A DNA stretch of 64,000 nt from Nautiliaceae bacterium (GCA_039831155.1 JBDONT010000043.1:192001-256000), one strand, 5' to 3'. Shown: positions 9,986 through 18,994, counted from the first letter of the stretch. Program-made: numbers and translations. The notes: generated by a model not told the origin, from the sequence alone.

Positions 9986-12017
9986 AATTAATTTCTAATT
10001 CATCACTTAAAAATTCTTTATATTCTTCAAAATCATATCCAAAATAATCACAATATGTTTTTAAAACTTCTTTATCTTCAAAGTTTTCTAAAATATTTAC
10101 ATTACCATCATAAACCTCCCTAGATATTTCCTCTGCTTTTTTTGTAAAATCTTCTTTTAAGTCTCTTTTTTTTAAATATAAAATTACAGTAGTTGTGCCT
10201 GTTTTTCCAAATGTGTTTGTTGGAAGCTTTACAATAGCTTTTATTTCAAAATATTTTAATAAAAGCTCTCTTGTTTTAATAAATAAAGCTGAATTTGTCT
10301 TATCTAAAATGGAAATTGGCAAAATTATAGCAGCTAAACCTTTATCTTTTAATATATGTTTCGTTTTTTCAACAAAAAAACACTCTATTGAATTATTAGT
10401 AGAATATTGTTTAACATCTACAAATTTTGAAAGCTCAAATTTTTCTGTATCTTCTTTTTTTAACGTTTCTAAAAACCCTTTAACACTATAAGGAGGATTT
10501 GAAATTAATACTTCAAATTCATCCTTAACTACATCTTTTTTTAAAGCGTCATCATAAATTATCTCAACTTCATTTCCATACATAAATGAACTTACCTTTG
10601 CCACTTTACTTAATCTATACTCTTTTTCAATACCTACTACTTTTGCTTGTTTATGATTTTTTGCAAATTCATTTAAAAAATGCCCCGCCCCACAAGCATA
10701 ATCTATCATAGACTTATACTCTTTTTTAGGAAGAGATGAGACAATAAACTTAACTATCGGCATTGGTGTAAAAAATTGCCCTTCGTTTTGTTTGATACCC
10801 TGGTCTAAAAAGCCCTCAAACAAATCCCCTAAAAATTGATTTTCTTCGGAATTTGTTAGATAAATATCTTGAAAAAGCAAAACAATTTTTCTTAACACCT
10901 CAAAATTTTGATAAAAAAGCTTTTCATTATGAACTTCAATAAAAGCAAAATCGTTTGTAGTAAAAAATTTTAGTTTTTTAATAGCTTCTTTTACTTTTTC
11001 TTTTATCGTTTCAATCTCAAAAGATTTAAAATATTTTTCTATATCTTGATTATCTATATAGGTAATATCTTCATTCAAAAACTCTTTCATACCCTCTTTA
11101 TAAAGCTTTTGTAATCTATCCTGAAACGAAAACGGGTCATCTATTGCAAAACCTCTCCAAAAAAATTGTAAATTATCAGGATTTTCTTTTTCATCTACTA
11201 TTTTACACAACAAAAGATTTACAAGCTTATCAAACGCATTTTCCCTACCACTTACATTATGAGCTCTTAAAACAGTAGCGAATTTATGATAAATTCCACT
11301 TATATCTTCCTCTTTTACAATTTTTAAATCTTTTAAGGAAAAAACACTCTTTTCAAGTTCATAAGCCCTAAATTCATCATCAAAAAGCCCTCTAATACCC
11401 TCTTTTTTATAAACTTCACTCCAAACTTCAAACAAAGCTTTTGCAATATCTCCAAGCTCTCCTTTTCTAGCTTTTTCATAATTTTTCTCTTTATCTAAAT
11501 TTTCCTCAACATCAATAAGCTTTATTAAAAAATATTTATAATCTAAATTTTCATTACTCGTATAAAGACTTATATATTTAGCACCACTATTAGCAGCATA
11601 AGAGAAAATCTGTCCCCCATCAAGTTGAGTTAATTTCAAAGCTTTTTCATATTCAGCTCCCCATGTCTTACATTCAATAATTACTAACGTTTTATCTTCA
11701 TTATCCTTTATAGCAATATCAGCTTTTCCACTTTTATCAAGGTGCCCTAATCTCCATTCCGGTTCAAGTTCAATATGTTTTGGTAAATACCCTTTATTAA
11801 GCAATCTATAAACGCACTCAAACACTACAAAATTTTCCGGTTTTGAAAAATTTGAGGTGGTTAAGTCATTTACTTTCAATTCATTCGGATAAATAAGCTT
11901 TTCATTGTTAAAATCTGCTTTTAACTCAAAATCTCCAAACTTTTTTATAAAAACATTATCTTTTTCTTCAAAATTAAGTTTTCTTAATACATTTTTAAAA
12001 TTTTCTTTTGTTATCAT
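9972..12017 (-). CDS. N-terminal (endonuclease + m6A methyltransferase) half of a type IIG/IIB R-M-S enzyme
   Basis: PD-(D/E)xK-like ADIAI...IIECK, GQFFTP, motif I DYACGAGHF, motif IV NPPY; resembles the Campylobacter Cj1051c N-terminal region (recalled). Confidence 0.88.
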   Translation of the reverse strand: MITKENFKNVLRKLNFEEKDNVFIKKFGDFELKADFNNEKLIYPNELKVNDLTTSNFSKPENFVVFECVYRLLNKGYLPKHIELEPEWRLGHLDKSGKADIAIKDNEDKTLVIIECKTWGAEYEKALKLTQLDGGQIFSYAANSGAKYISLYTSNENLDYKYFLIKLIDVEENLDKEKNYEKARKGELGDIAKALFEVWSEVYKKEGIRGLFDDEFRAYELEKSVFSLKDLKIVKEEDISGIYHKFATVLRAHNVSGRENAFDKLVNLLLCKIVDEKENPDNLQFFWRGFAIDDPFSFQDRLQKLYKEGMKEFLNEDITYIDNQDIEKYFKSFEIETIKEKVKEAIKKLKFFTTNDFAFIEVHNEKLFYQNFEVLRKIVLLFQDIYLTNSEENQFLGDLFEGFLDQGIKQNEGQFFTPMPIVKFIVSSLPKKEYKSMIDYACGAGHFLNEFAKNHKQAKVVGIEKEYRLSKVAKVSSFMYGNEVEIIYDDALKKDVVKDEFEVLISNPPYSVKGFLETLKKEDTEKFELSKFVDVKQYSTNNSIECFFVEKTKHILKDKGLAAIILPISILDKTNSALFIKTRELLLKYFEIKAIVKLPTNTFGKTGTTTVILYLKKRDLKEDFTKKAEEISREVYDGNVNILENFEDKEVLKTYCDYFGYDFEEYKEFLSDELEINLKEI

Positions 12018-12026
12018 TTAAAGCCT

Positions 12027-13781
12027 TTATAAGTATTTCCTTAAAATCTCTTCTTTTTGAGTTTTAGCAGAATTTATAATCTCTTCATTAGCCCTAATTC
12101 TTTTTTCAAGTTTTTCAATCTGTTTTACTATTTCTTGTTGAACTTCAATAGGTGGAAGAGGGATTTTTAGGTTTTCATAAAAATTTATTGGTACTCTTTT
12201 ATGACCACTTGCACCAGTCATAACCTGTTGAGCTTGTTTGCGTATTTGTTCTCTATTTAGAAAATAAAACAAATATCCATTATCCAAATCATTATCTTTT
12301 ACTCTAAAAACATGAAACTCGCTACTTCCAAAAGCTATATTGTTTTTTAAATTTCTAGCAATGGCACATTTTCCATTTTCCATAGAGGGAGTAATTTTTG
12401 CAATAATTATGTCGTTTTCTCTAAAATATGTATAACTTCCCTTTTTTAATTCTTTTAATTTTTTAATATCTTGCTTTTTTATATATCCATTTTCACTAAC
12501 ATATTCCATCGGTATAAAAGAAACTTCTAAATTCTCATCTAAATTAGCTATCTCTTTTTTAGAAGGATTAAATAATACTAAATCTTTTAATAAAACACTT
12601 TTTTCTTTTACATTATTTATTATTTCTTCAATTTCTCTTTTTAATTTAACATTTTCTTCTTTTAACTTTTCAACTTTTTCATCGATTTCACTGCACTCTT
12701 TTACTATATTTTCTTGGATTTTTCTTTCTACTAAAGGTATTTGAATATTCAAATAATCATCCATCTGCAAATTTTTTATATTACTCATACCTGTTTGCAT
12801 ATCAAAAGTAAATCCTTGATTGTAAACATAATCTAAAAGCAAAAACAAAAATTTACTCTTAAATCTATTATTTTTTAGTCTCAGTCTAACCATAAAGTTT
12901 GAAAATGTATATCCCTTCTCTTTTAAATCAAAATACATTACCCTACCAACTGCCTGATGAGAGCTACCACCTGACTTTTCTAAAATAATATCACCCTCTT
13001 TTAACTCCCTATTTCTAAACTGCTTTTCTTCTACTTGCAACCCTTTTACATCTGAAAAATCTATATTATTAGAAGTATCTCCAAAATTGGTATTTCTTAA
13101 AACTTTTGCCTTAATAAAAGGAGGCTTTTTACCTTCCCATAATCCTCCTATTGTATCTACAATATTACCAAGCTTTATATTTTGATATTTTTCGCTTAAT
13201 TTAACTACAACTTTTGGTTTTAACCTAATAACCTTATTAAATTCACTCTCTTTAATATCAAGCATATCGGTTAGATTATAAACTTTTACAAATTTTTGCA
13301 AATCTTCACTAATTCTAAACTCTTTATCTTCTAAAAAGTTCCTGATTATTACGTTTAATTTATTCTCATCATCTAAATTTTTCGGATTATATAGAGGAGT
13401 TTGGATATTGTTTATACTTTTTATATTTTGAAGGGTTCTTTTCTCATCTTCATCAAGTTCTTCTTTAATCTCTACGTTAGAGATATATTTTATTCCCTCA
13501 TTTCCCTTCGCACTACTCCACTCATACCCTAAAAATTTTTTTATCTCATTTGTTTTATTAGGTGAATTTATTACTAATGTTTTTTGATTGTAAGTTAATA
13601 AAAAGTATAAAAATTTTTCTCTTTCTCTCTCTTTTACAAACTTCCTAAACTCTTTATTTTCTATTTTTTCTTGCTCTTCTTTACTTAGTTCTTTATATTT
13701 TTTTCTACTTCTTCTATCTTTTGTAGATTTTAAATTTTCAAATTTTTTTTTATACTCCTTCAACATATCTTTAAAACCCAA
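12027..13781 (-). CDS. C-terminal half of the same enzyme: MTase tail plus HsdS-like specificity region (two TRDs)
   Basis: KKFLGYEWS segment, then two TRDs each ending in a conserved helix (IPLVERKIQENIV; IPLPPIEVQQEIV); TTG start 6 nt after AAGGAG. Confidence 0.88.
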   Translation of the reverse strand: MGFKDMLKEYKKKFENLKSTKDRRSRKKYKELSKEEQEKIENKEFRKFVKEREREKFLYFLLTYNQKTLVINSPNKTNEIKKFLGYEWSSAKGNEGIKYISNVEIKEELDEDEKRTLQNIKSINNIQTPLYNPKNLDDENKLNVIIRNFLEDKEFRISEDLQKFVKVYNLTDMLDIKESEFNKVIRLKPKVVVKLSEKYQNIKLGNIVDTIGGLWEGKKPPFIKAKVLRNTNFGDTSNNIDFSDVKGLQVEEKQFRNRELKEGDIILEKSGGSSHQAVGRVMYFDLKEKGYTFSNFMVRLRLKNNRFKSKFLFLLLDYVYNQGFTFDMQTGMSNIKNLQMDDYLNIQIPLVERKIQENIVKECSEIDEKVEKLKEENVKLKREIEEIINNVKEKSVLLKDLVLFNPSKKEIANLDENLEVSFIPMEYVSENGYIKKQDIKKLKELKKGSYTYFRENDIIIAKITPSMENGKCAIARNLKNNIAFGSSEFHVFRVKDNDLDNGYLFYFLNREQIRKQAQQVMTGASGHKRVPINFYENLKIPLPPIEVQQEIVKQIEKLEKRIRANEEIINSAKTQKEEILRKYL

Positions 13782-13795
13782 TCAAATCTCCTTTA
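13781..13795. repeat. 15-bp direct repeat, right copy
   Basis: ATCAAATCTCCTTTA; on minus includes the end of the S4-domain gene (AAG GAG ATT TGA). Confidence 0.92.
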
Positions 13796-14033
13796 CGTAT
13801 TCTGTTTTTCTACTCTTTGGAATAGTCTTAGTCTCCGGTATTCGCAATACTTCGTATTTTTTAACGCCGCTTAAATAGTGAATTTCTATTATATCACCTA
13901 CTTTTACATCTTTAGCCGGTTTTGCTTTTTTTCCATTTATAAAAACAACGCCCTCTTTACACATCTCATCGGCTATTGAGCGTCTTTTTACGATATTAAC
14001 CGCATTTAAAAACTTATCTATCCTCAAACTCAT
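13782..14033 (-). CDS. S4-domain RNA-binding protein (YabO/RqcP/Hsp15-like)
   Basis: LRIDKFL...KRRSIA...INGKKAKPAKDVKVGD. Confidence 0.88.
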   Translation of the reverse strand: MSLRIDKFLNAVNIVKRRSIADEMCKEGVVFINGKKAKPAKDVKVGDIIEIHYLSGVKKYEVLRIPETKTIPKSRKTEYVKEI

Positions 14034-14044
14034 CCTTTTTTAGA

Positions 14045-14068
14045 AATTATATCAAATTTGATATAATT
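14045..14068. promoter_or_regulatory. perfect 24-bp palindrome comprising two back-to-back extended -10 boxes
   Basis: AATTATATCAAATTTGATATAATT; TGATATAAT on both strands between divergent genes. Confidence 0.75.
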
Positions 14069-14085
14069 AAATAGAAAGGTTTTTT

Positions 14086-14625
14086 ATGTGTGCAATTGAA
14101 TATTACACTTATGAGGATTATAAAAAGTGGGAGGGGGATTGGGAGTTAATTGATGGTATCCCTCTTGCAATGGCACCAGCACATCTTCCTACTCATCAAT
14201 TTATAACATTTCAAATATCACATCAACTAAACTCTCAATTAGAAGAGTATTTAGAGTGTGCAGTTTTAGGAGAAGTTGACTATAAAATAGATGAAGAGAA
14301 TGTCCTAAGACCAGATTTAGTTTTAACTTGCGAAAAATTAAATAAACCTTACCTGTCACTTGCACCAGAAATAGTATTTGAAATAGTTTCCCCATCAACT
14401 GCTAGAAGAGATGAAAAGTTTAAATTTGAATTATATGAAAAAGAAAAAGTTAAATATTATGTTTTGGTATACCCAAACGATAAAAAAGCAAAAGTTTATA
14501 AACTCAATAACTCCAAATATGAAAAAGAGGGAGACATCATAACAAAGTATGAATTTAAAGAAACAAAGTGTAAAGTTAGTGTAGATTTTGAGAAAATCTT
14601 TAAAAGACTTAGTATAATTACATAA
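14086..14625 (+). CDS. Uma2/DUF820-family PD-(D/E)xK nuclease-like protein
   Basis: [29 protein letters not shown]...V.YY. Confidence 0.88.
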   Translation: MCAIEYYTYEDYKKWEGDWELIDGIPLAMAPAHLPTHQFITFQISHQLNSQLEEYLECAVLGEVDYKIDEENVLRPDLVLTCEKLNKPYLSLAPEIVFEIVSPSTARRDEKFKFELYEKEKVKYYVLVYPNDKKAKVYKLNNSKYEKEGDIITKYEFKETKCKVSVDFEKIFKRLSIIT

Positions 14626-14638
14626 AAAAAGGACTAAG

Positions 14639-15841
14639 ATGAAAGTAGTATTAGCTTACTCCGGAGGACTTGATACGAGTATTATTCTTAAATGGTTACA
14701 AGATACTTACAATGCGGAAGTTGTAACATTTACAGCCGATATAGGTCAAGGTGAAGAGGTTGAAGAAGCAAGAGAAAAAGCATTAAAACTTGGAGTAAAA
14801 CCAGAAAATATATTTATTGAAGATCTGAAAGAAGAATTTGTAAGAGATTACGTATTCCCGATGTTTAGAGCAAACGCTATTTATGAAGGGGAATACCTGC
14901 TTGGTACATCAATTGCAAGACCTCTAATTGCAAAAAGACAAATTGAAATAGCTAGACTTGTAGGAGCTGAGGCAGTAGCACACGGAGCAACCGGTAAAGG
15001 AAACGACCAGGTAAGATTTGAACTTGGATATTATGCTCTAAAACCGGATATTAAAGTAATTGCCCCTTGGAGAGAGTGGGATTTAAATAGTAGAGAAAAA
15101 CTTCTTGCATATGCAGAAAAACACGGAATTCCAATCAACAGACACGGAAAAAAATCTCCTTACTCAATGGATGCAAATCTTTTACACATCTCATATGAAG
15201 GTGGAATATTAGAAGACCCTTGGGCAGAACCTGAAGAAGATATGTGGAGATGGACGGTAGCTCCTGAAAAAGCTCCTGATAAACCTGAATATATCGAAAT
15301 TGAGTTTGAAAAAGGAGATGCCGTAGCAATTAACGGTAGCAAAATGACACCTGCTCAAATTCTTGAAACTTTAAACGAATACGGGAAAAAACACGGAATC
15401 GGTAGACTTGATATAGTAGAAAACAGATTTGTTGGAATGAAAAGTAGAGGTTGTTATGAAACACCAGGTGGAACAATTTTACTAAAAGCACACAGAGCAA
15501 TTGAATCCATTACACTTGATAAAGGTGAAGCTCATCTTAAAGATGAAATAATGCCAAAATATGCTGAACTAATCTATAACGGATTTTGGTTTGCACCGGA
15601 AAGAGAAGCATTACAAGCATTAATTGATAAAACTCAAGAAAACTGCGAAGGAACGGTAAGACTTAAACTTTACAAAGGAAACGTAACGGTTGTGGGAAGA
15701 AAATCTCCAAAATCTCTATTTAGTCCGGAATTTGCAACATTTGAGGAAGATAGTGTATATAACCAAAAAGATGCAGAAGGATTTATTAAACTAAATGCCC
15801 TAAGATTTATAATCGAAGGGTATGTAAGAGGAAAAAAATAA
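14639..15841 (+). CDS. argG: argininosuccinate synthase
   Basis: [33 protein letters not shown]. Confidence 0.97.
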   Translation: MKVVLAYSGGLDTSIILKWLQDTYNAEVVTFTADIGQGEEVEEAREKALKLGVKPENIFIEDLKEEFVRDYVFPMFRANAIYEGEYLLGTSIARPLIAKRQIEIARLVGAEAVAHGATGKGNDQVRFELGYYALKPDIKVIAPWREWDLNSREKLLAYAEKHGIPINRHGKKSPYSMDANLLHISYEGGILEDPWAEPEEDMWRWTVAPEKAPDKPEYIEIEFEKGDAVAINGSKMTPAQILETLNEYGKKHGIGRLDIVENRFVGMKSRGCYETPGGTILLKAHRAIESITLDKGEAHLKDEIMPKYAELIYNGFWFAPEREALQALIDKTQENCEGTVRLKLYKGNVTVVGRKSPKSLFSPEFATFEEDSVYNQKDAEGFIKLNALRFIIEGYVRGKK

Positions 15842-15853
15842 CCCTCTTACGTA
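15821..15853. terminator. hairpin between convergent argG and oxygenase gene
   Basis: gtaagagg (15824-15831) / cctcttac (15843-15850). Confidence 0.5.
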
Positions 15854-16503
15854 CAATTCCACCATTTTACAACTGCGAAACGATTATTTCCAAATACCGG
15901 CTTTACCTCGTGTGCAAAAAGTCCATGACTTGGAAAGACTATCATCTCCCCTGCTTTTGGTTTATGAACAACTCTTTTTCCGTCTGAAAATCTTAAATGA
16001 CAAAATTCAACTTCTCCACCTTCATACTCATCATTTAAAAATAAAAGTGTTGTTAGTTTTCTCTCGGGCTTTACGACTTTGTATCCTGCTAATTTGCCAT
16101 TTTTTACAATCTCACTCGCATTATCGGAATGACATTTGTAAAATCCACCCTCTTTATACTCAAGCACTTGAAGTTCAGTTCCTTTAATAAAACTAACGCC
16201 ATAAAATTTTTCAATTTTATCTTTTACATTATAAAAAGCCTTTTCAAAAATTTCTCTTATCTTTGATGTTGGAGAGTGAATAATAGTTTTTCTAATATCT
16301 TCATTAACTCCACCACCAACAAGCCCGGCTTTATAATCACACTTTCCAAGAGATAAAATAGCTTCTTTACACTCCTCTTTTGAGAGCAAATTTTCAAAAA
16401 CCCAAAAAGGATACTCATTATAAAAACTTGCCATTGGATATTTTTCAAAATCCATCTCCCAAATTTCATCTAAAGCATAAATTTTTTGACTAATAGGCAC
16501 CAT
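15847..16503 (-). CDS. 2-oxoglutarate/Fe(II)-dependent oxygenase (prolyl-4-hydroxylase-like)
   Basis: YKCHSD...LFLNDEYEGGE...FPS...HEV..V....R motif set. Confidence 0.88.
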   Translation of the reverse strand: MVPISQKIYALDEIWEMDFEKYPMASFYNEYPFWVFENLLSKEECKEAILSLGKCDYKAGLVGGGVNEDIRKTIIHSPTSKIREIFEKAFYNVKDKIEKFYGVSFIKGTELQVLEYKEGGFYKCHSDNASEIVKNGKLAGYKVVKPERKLTTLLFLNDEYEGGEVEFCHLRFSDGKRVVHKPKAGEMIVFPSHGLFAHEVKPVFGNNRFAVVKWWNCT

Positions 16504-16516
16504 TGCCCCTCCTTAG

Positions 16517-18151
16517 TCAAATCTCATAGTAAGCATTTTTCCCTTTTGCTTTTAAAACTTTATTTATCTCACTTCCACCTTTTGCAAATATTATATCTTT
16601 TGGCAAACTAAAATCATATTTTATCACTTTTTCATCAAAATTTCTTTTTATCCAATTTAACATAATAATATTACTCCCAGGATTTATATAAATACTCTCA
16701 TCCCTTATAAATTGAGAATTAAGAGCGTTTTGATGTTTTGCTGTTACTATCTCAAACTCTTTTTCTTCTCTTTCAAACCTCTCGGCTAAAAATTTAAATT
16801 TCTTATTATTTGTAAAAAAACCTTCACTATATGGAGGCTTTTTAAAAACTTTTTTTATATATAAAGAATCATTTACCCTCTCAACCTCATCTCCTAAAAT
16901 CTCATCAATATACTCACTTTCACTTCTAAGATTATCAAATCCAAACTCATCCATTAAATACTTAGTCAGTTCATATTCACTTATACCCTCACACTTCTTT
17001 ACTTCTTTATTTACCATTACATATTCATTAAAATAGCTCCCCCTTATATTCTTTTTACAATAAAAATCTTTTGTAGGAATAAAAAGAGTAGCTATTTTTG
17101 CTGTTTCATCCATATACTTACCAAAAACGATTGTAGTTTTTTCTCTTAACTTCTCCCACTCCCTTCCAACAAAACTAACAAGAGGATTTGCCCCTTGAAT
17201 AAAAACAACATCAAATTCATCTAAATTCACATCAAAAAGAGGAACTTGATTTTTATGATTAAAACTAAAAGGATTATTAAGCCCATACCCGCTACTTCCA
17301 AGAAAAGCTACTCCTCTATCACTCTTACCAAAATAATCAAGCATATAAAAAAGAGAATCAATCGCCCAGGTAGTTTTATAGCACTCCTTGCATTTTGCAA
17401 TCCCAAGTCCCGTTAGTACAACTGCTCCTTCTTTTATTATTTCAAATAGTTTCATTGAATTTTCATTACTAAGACCACATTTCTTCATTAAATATTCTTT
17501 ATTGTAAGAAAACACAAACTTTTTAAACTCTTCAAAATTATCACTTGTTTTATAACTACCATTTTCAATTACCATTTGAGAAAGCAGTATTGCCAAATAA
17601 TAATCACTATTTGGTTTTACCTGAATAAAAATGTTTGAATTTTTAGCTGTTTTTGTTTTAATTACATCAATTGTAGCAACATATTTATTTTTTATAAGAG
17701 GCAAAAGATTAGTGTTTGTAACATATGGATTTCTGCCCCAAATTAATACATTTTTAGCATTTTTTATTATCCAGGTTGGAAGTATAAGAGATTTTCCTCT
17801 TGCTTTCTTTATTCCTTTCTCACCAATTCCATCACAAGTAGAACCAACTGCAAAAGTAGCACCAAAACGTTCAAAAAAGAGTTTTGTTACATTTTGCATA
17901 ATTCCCATATTTCCAGAGCCTTTTATAAATAACACTCTTTTGGGATTAGTGTTTTTTAAGATGTAGGTCAGTTTTTTAAGAGCTTCATTTAACATAATAT
18001 TATTACCATTAAATTTAGCAGATATCTTCCGAGGAAAATTAAAATAATTATTCAATTTCCAGCAAAGATAAGGAGTTGGCTCTAAGCCTATAAATTTATT
18101 TTCTACTAATTGCAGATTACAACTATCCCAACAATCAAGAGGGCAAAACAT
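16517..18151 (-). CDS. molybdopterin-dependent oxidoreductase family protein (short)
   Basis: N-terminal CPLDCWDSC...LC Fe-S motif, IWGRNP, QVKPNSD, GANP, DETA, LNSQF. Confidence 0.75.
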   Translation of the reverse strand: MFCPLDCWDSCNLQLVENKFIGLEPTPYLCWKLNNYFNFPRKISAKFNGNNIMLNEALKKLTYILKNTNPKRVLFIKGSGNMGIMQNVTKLFFERFGATFAVGSTCDGIGEKGIKKARGKSLILPTWIIKNAKNVLIWGRNPYVTNTNLLPLIKNKYVATIDVIKTKTAKNSNIFIQVKPNSDYYLAILLSQMVIENGSYKTSDNFEEFKKFVFSYNKEYLMKKCGLSNENSMKLFEIIKEGAVVLTGLGIAKCKECYKTTWAIDSLFYMLDYFGKSDRGVAFLGSSGYGLNNPFSFNHKNQVPLFDVNLDEFDVVFIQGANPLVSFVGREWEKLREKTTIVFGKYMDETAKIATLFIPTKDFYCKKNIRGSYFNEYVMVNKEVKKCEGISEYELTKYLMDEFGFDNLRSESEYIDEILGDEVERVNDSLYIKKVFKKPPYSEGFFTNNKKFKFLAERFEREEKEFEIVTAKHQNALNSQFIRDESIYINPGSNIIMLNWIKRNFDEKVIKYDFSLPKDIIFAKGGSEINKVLKAKGKNAYYEI

Positions 18152-18153
18152 AC

Positions 18154-18186
18154 AATCTCCCTTAAAATATTTGGGAGATTATAACA
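18154..18186 (-). promoter_or_regulatory. extended -10 plus inverted repeat covering the SD
   Basis: TGTTATAAT (18186-18178); AATCTCCC-N11-GGGAGATT (18154-18180). Confidence 0.55.
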
Positions 18187-18191
18187 GATTT

Positions 18192-18596
18192 TTATTTTTT
18201 ATCAACAAATTTAACTGCCACCCCTTCTACACAAGCTTTTTTTGTCCAAGGTCCAAGTCCTGGCAAAATATATAAAGCAAACCAACCCCATTGCTCTTCA
18301 CAAGTAGGAGTCAAAACTTTACCATCATCTGTATACCAAGAAACCTTAATAACTCCATCTCCACCCAATATTTTAGCTTTTTCATTTAATCTAACTAAAG
18401 CTTTATCGACTAATTGAGCACAATCCGTCCAAATAAATCCAGAAACGCAAACCTTTACTGGCCCTATCTCTTTATACTCTCTATTTCCTCCTAAATTTTG
18501 AGAATAAACATTATAATCACTATACTTTACTGTTGCAGTTTTGTATGTACATCCTGTCAATATAAGTAGTGATATTAAAAAAAACCATTTTTTCAC
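18192..18596 (-). CDS. putative lipoprotein (YbjQ/heavy-metal-binding-like fold possible)
   Basis: GTG at 18596 after AGGAG; signal peptide with lipobox LTGC; AKILGGDGVI. Confidence 0.65.
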   Translation of the reverse strand: MKKWFFLISLLILTGCTYKTATVKYSDYNVYSQNLGGNREYKEIGPVKVCVSGFIWTDCAQLVDKALVRLNEKAKILGGDGVIKVSWYTDDGKVLTPTCEEQWGWFALYILPGLGPWTKKACVEGVAVKFVDKK

Positions 18597-18718
18597 AATC
18601 TCTCCTATAAAAAAATTATAGAAAAAATTATACTCTCTCTCTTTGCATGTCAAGATTAAATTAATATTAATTATTTTTTTTGCTTATTTTGATATAATAA
18701 AAACAAAAAGACTTTTTG

Positions 18719-18994
18719 ATGAGATTATCAAAAAAAGAAGTTGAATTTATTAAAAACACTATAAAAAACATATTAAAGACGCAAAGATTTATCTCTTTGG
18801 CAGTATTTTAAAAGATGAAATAAAAGGTGGAGACCGTTGATATTTACATCATTACCTCACAAAAGATAGATTTCTCTACAAAAGCTTTAATTAAATTTAA
18901 ACTTCAAAACTATCTCTATCGTGTAAATTTAGTATTTCATAAAGACTTCAATTTAGATATAGAAAAAGAAGTAAAAAAAGGAATTAAGATTTAA
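18719..18994 (+). pseudogene. minimal nucleotidyltransferase (MNT) pseudogene
   Basis: MRLSKKEVEFIK / KIYLFGSILKDEIKGGD / VDIYII...EVKKGIKI* recovered across two frameshifts (about 18763-18768 and 18835); TGATATAAT upstream at 18690-18698. Confidence 0.8.

Larger units (their letters stand above)
9971..13795. mobile_element. integrase-less R-M cassette (9986-13780) with 15-bp flanking direct repeats
   Basis: Deleting the insert plus one repeat restores an S4-gene TGA overlapping the proS ATG (TGATG); insert holds only two R-M half-genes. Confidence 0.8.

Noticed and set aside
13743-13751. A9 tract near the start of the specificity half as a phase-variation switch
   Set aside because: It is in frame, and A-runs of similar length are common in this AT-rich sequence.
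9972-13781. Ordinary type I hsdS-hsdM pair
   Set aside because: No helicase-bearing hsdR is present, the M gene carries its own nuclease motif, and the S gene begins with about 190 aa that continue the M protein.
9971-13795. Campbell-type integration using the 15-mer as a shared att core
   Set aside because: A circle retaining one repeat copy would contain an in-frame TGA (LKEI*LGFKD), whereas omitting the repeat gives a clean ORF. Target duplication fits better.
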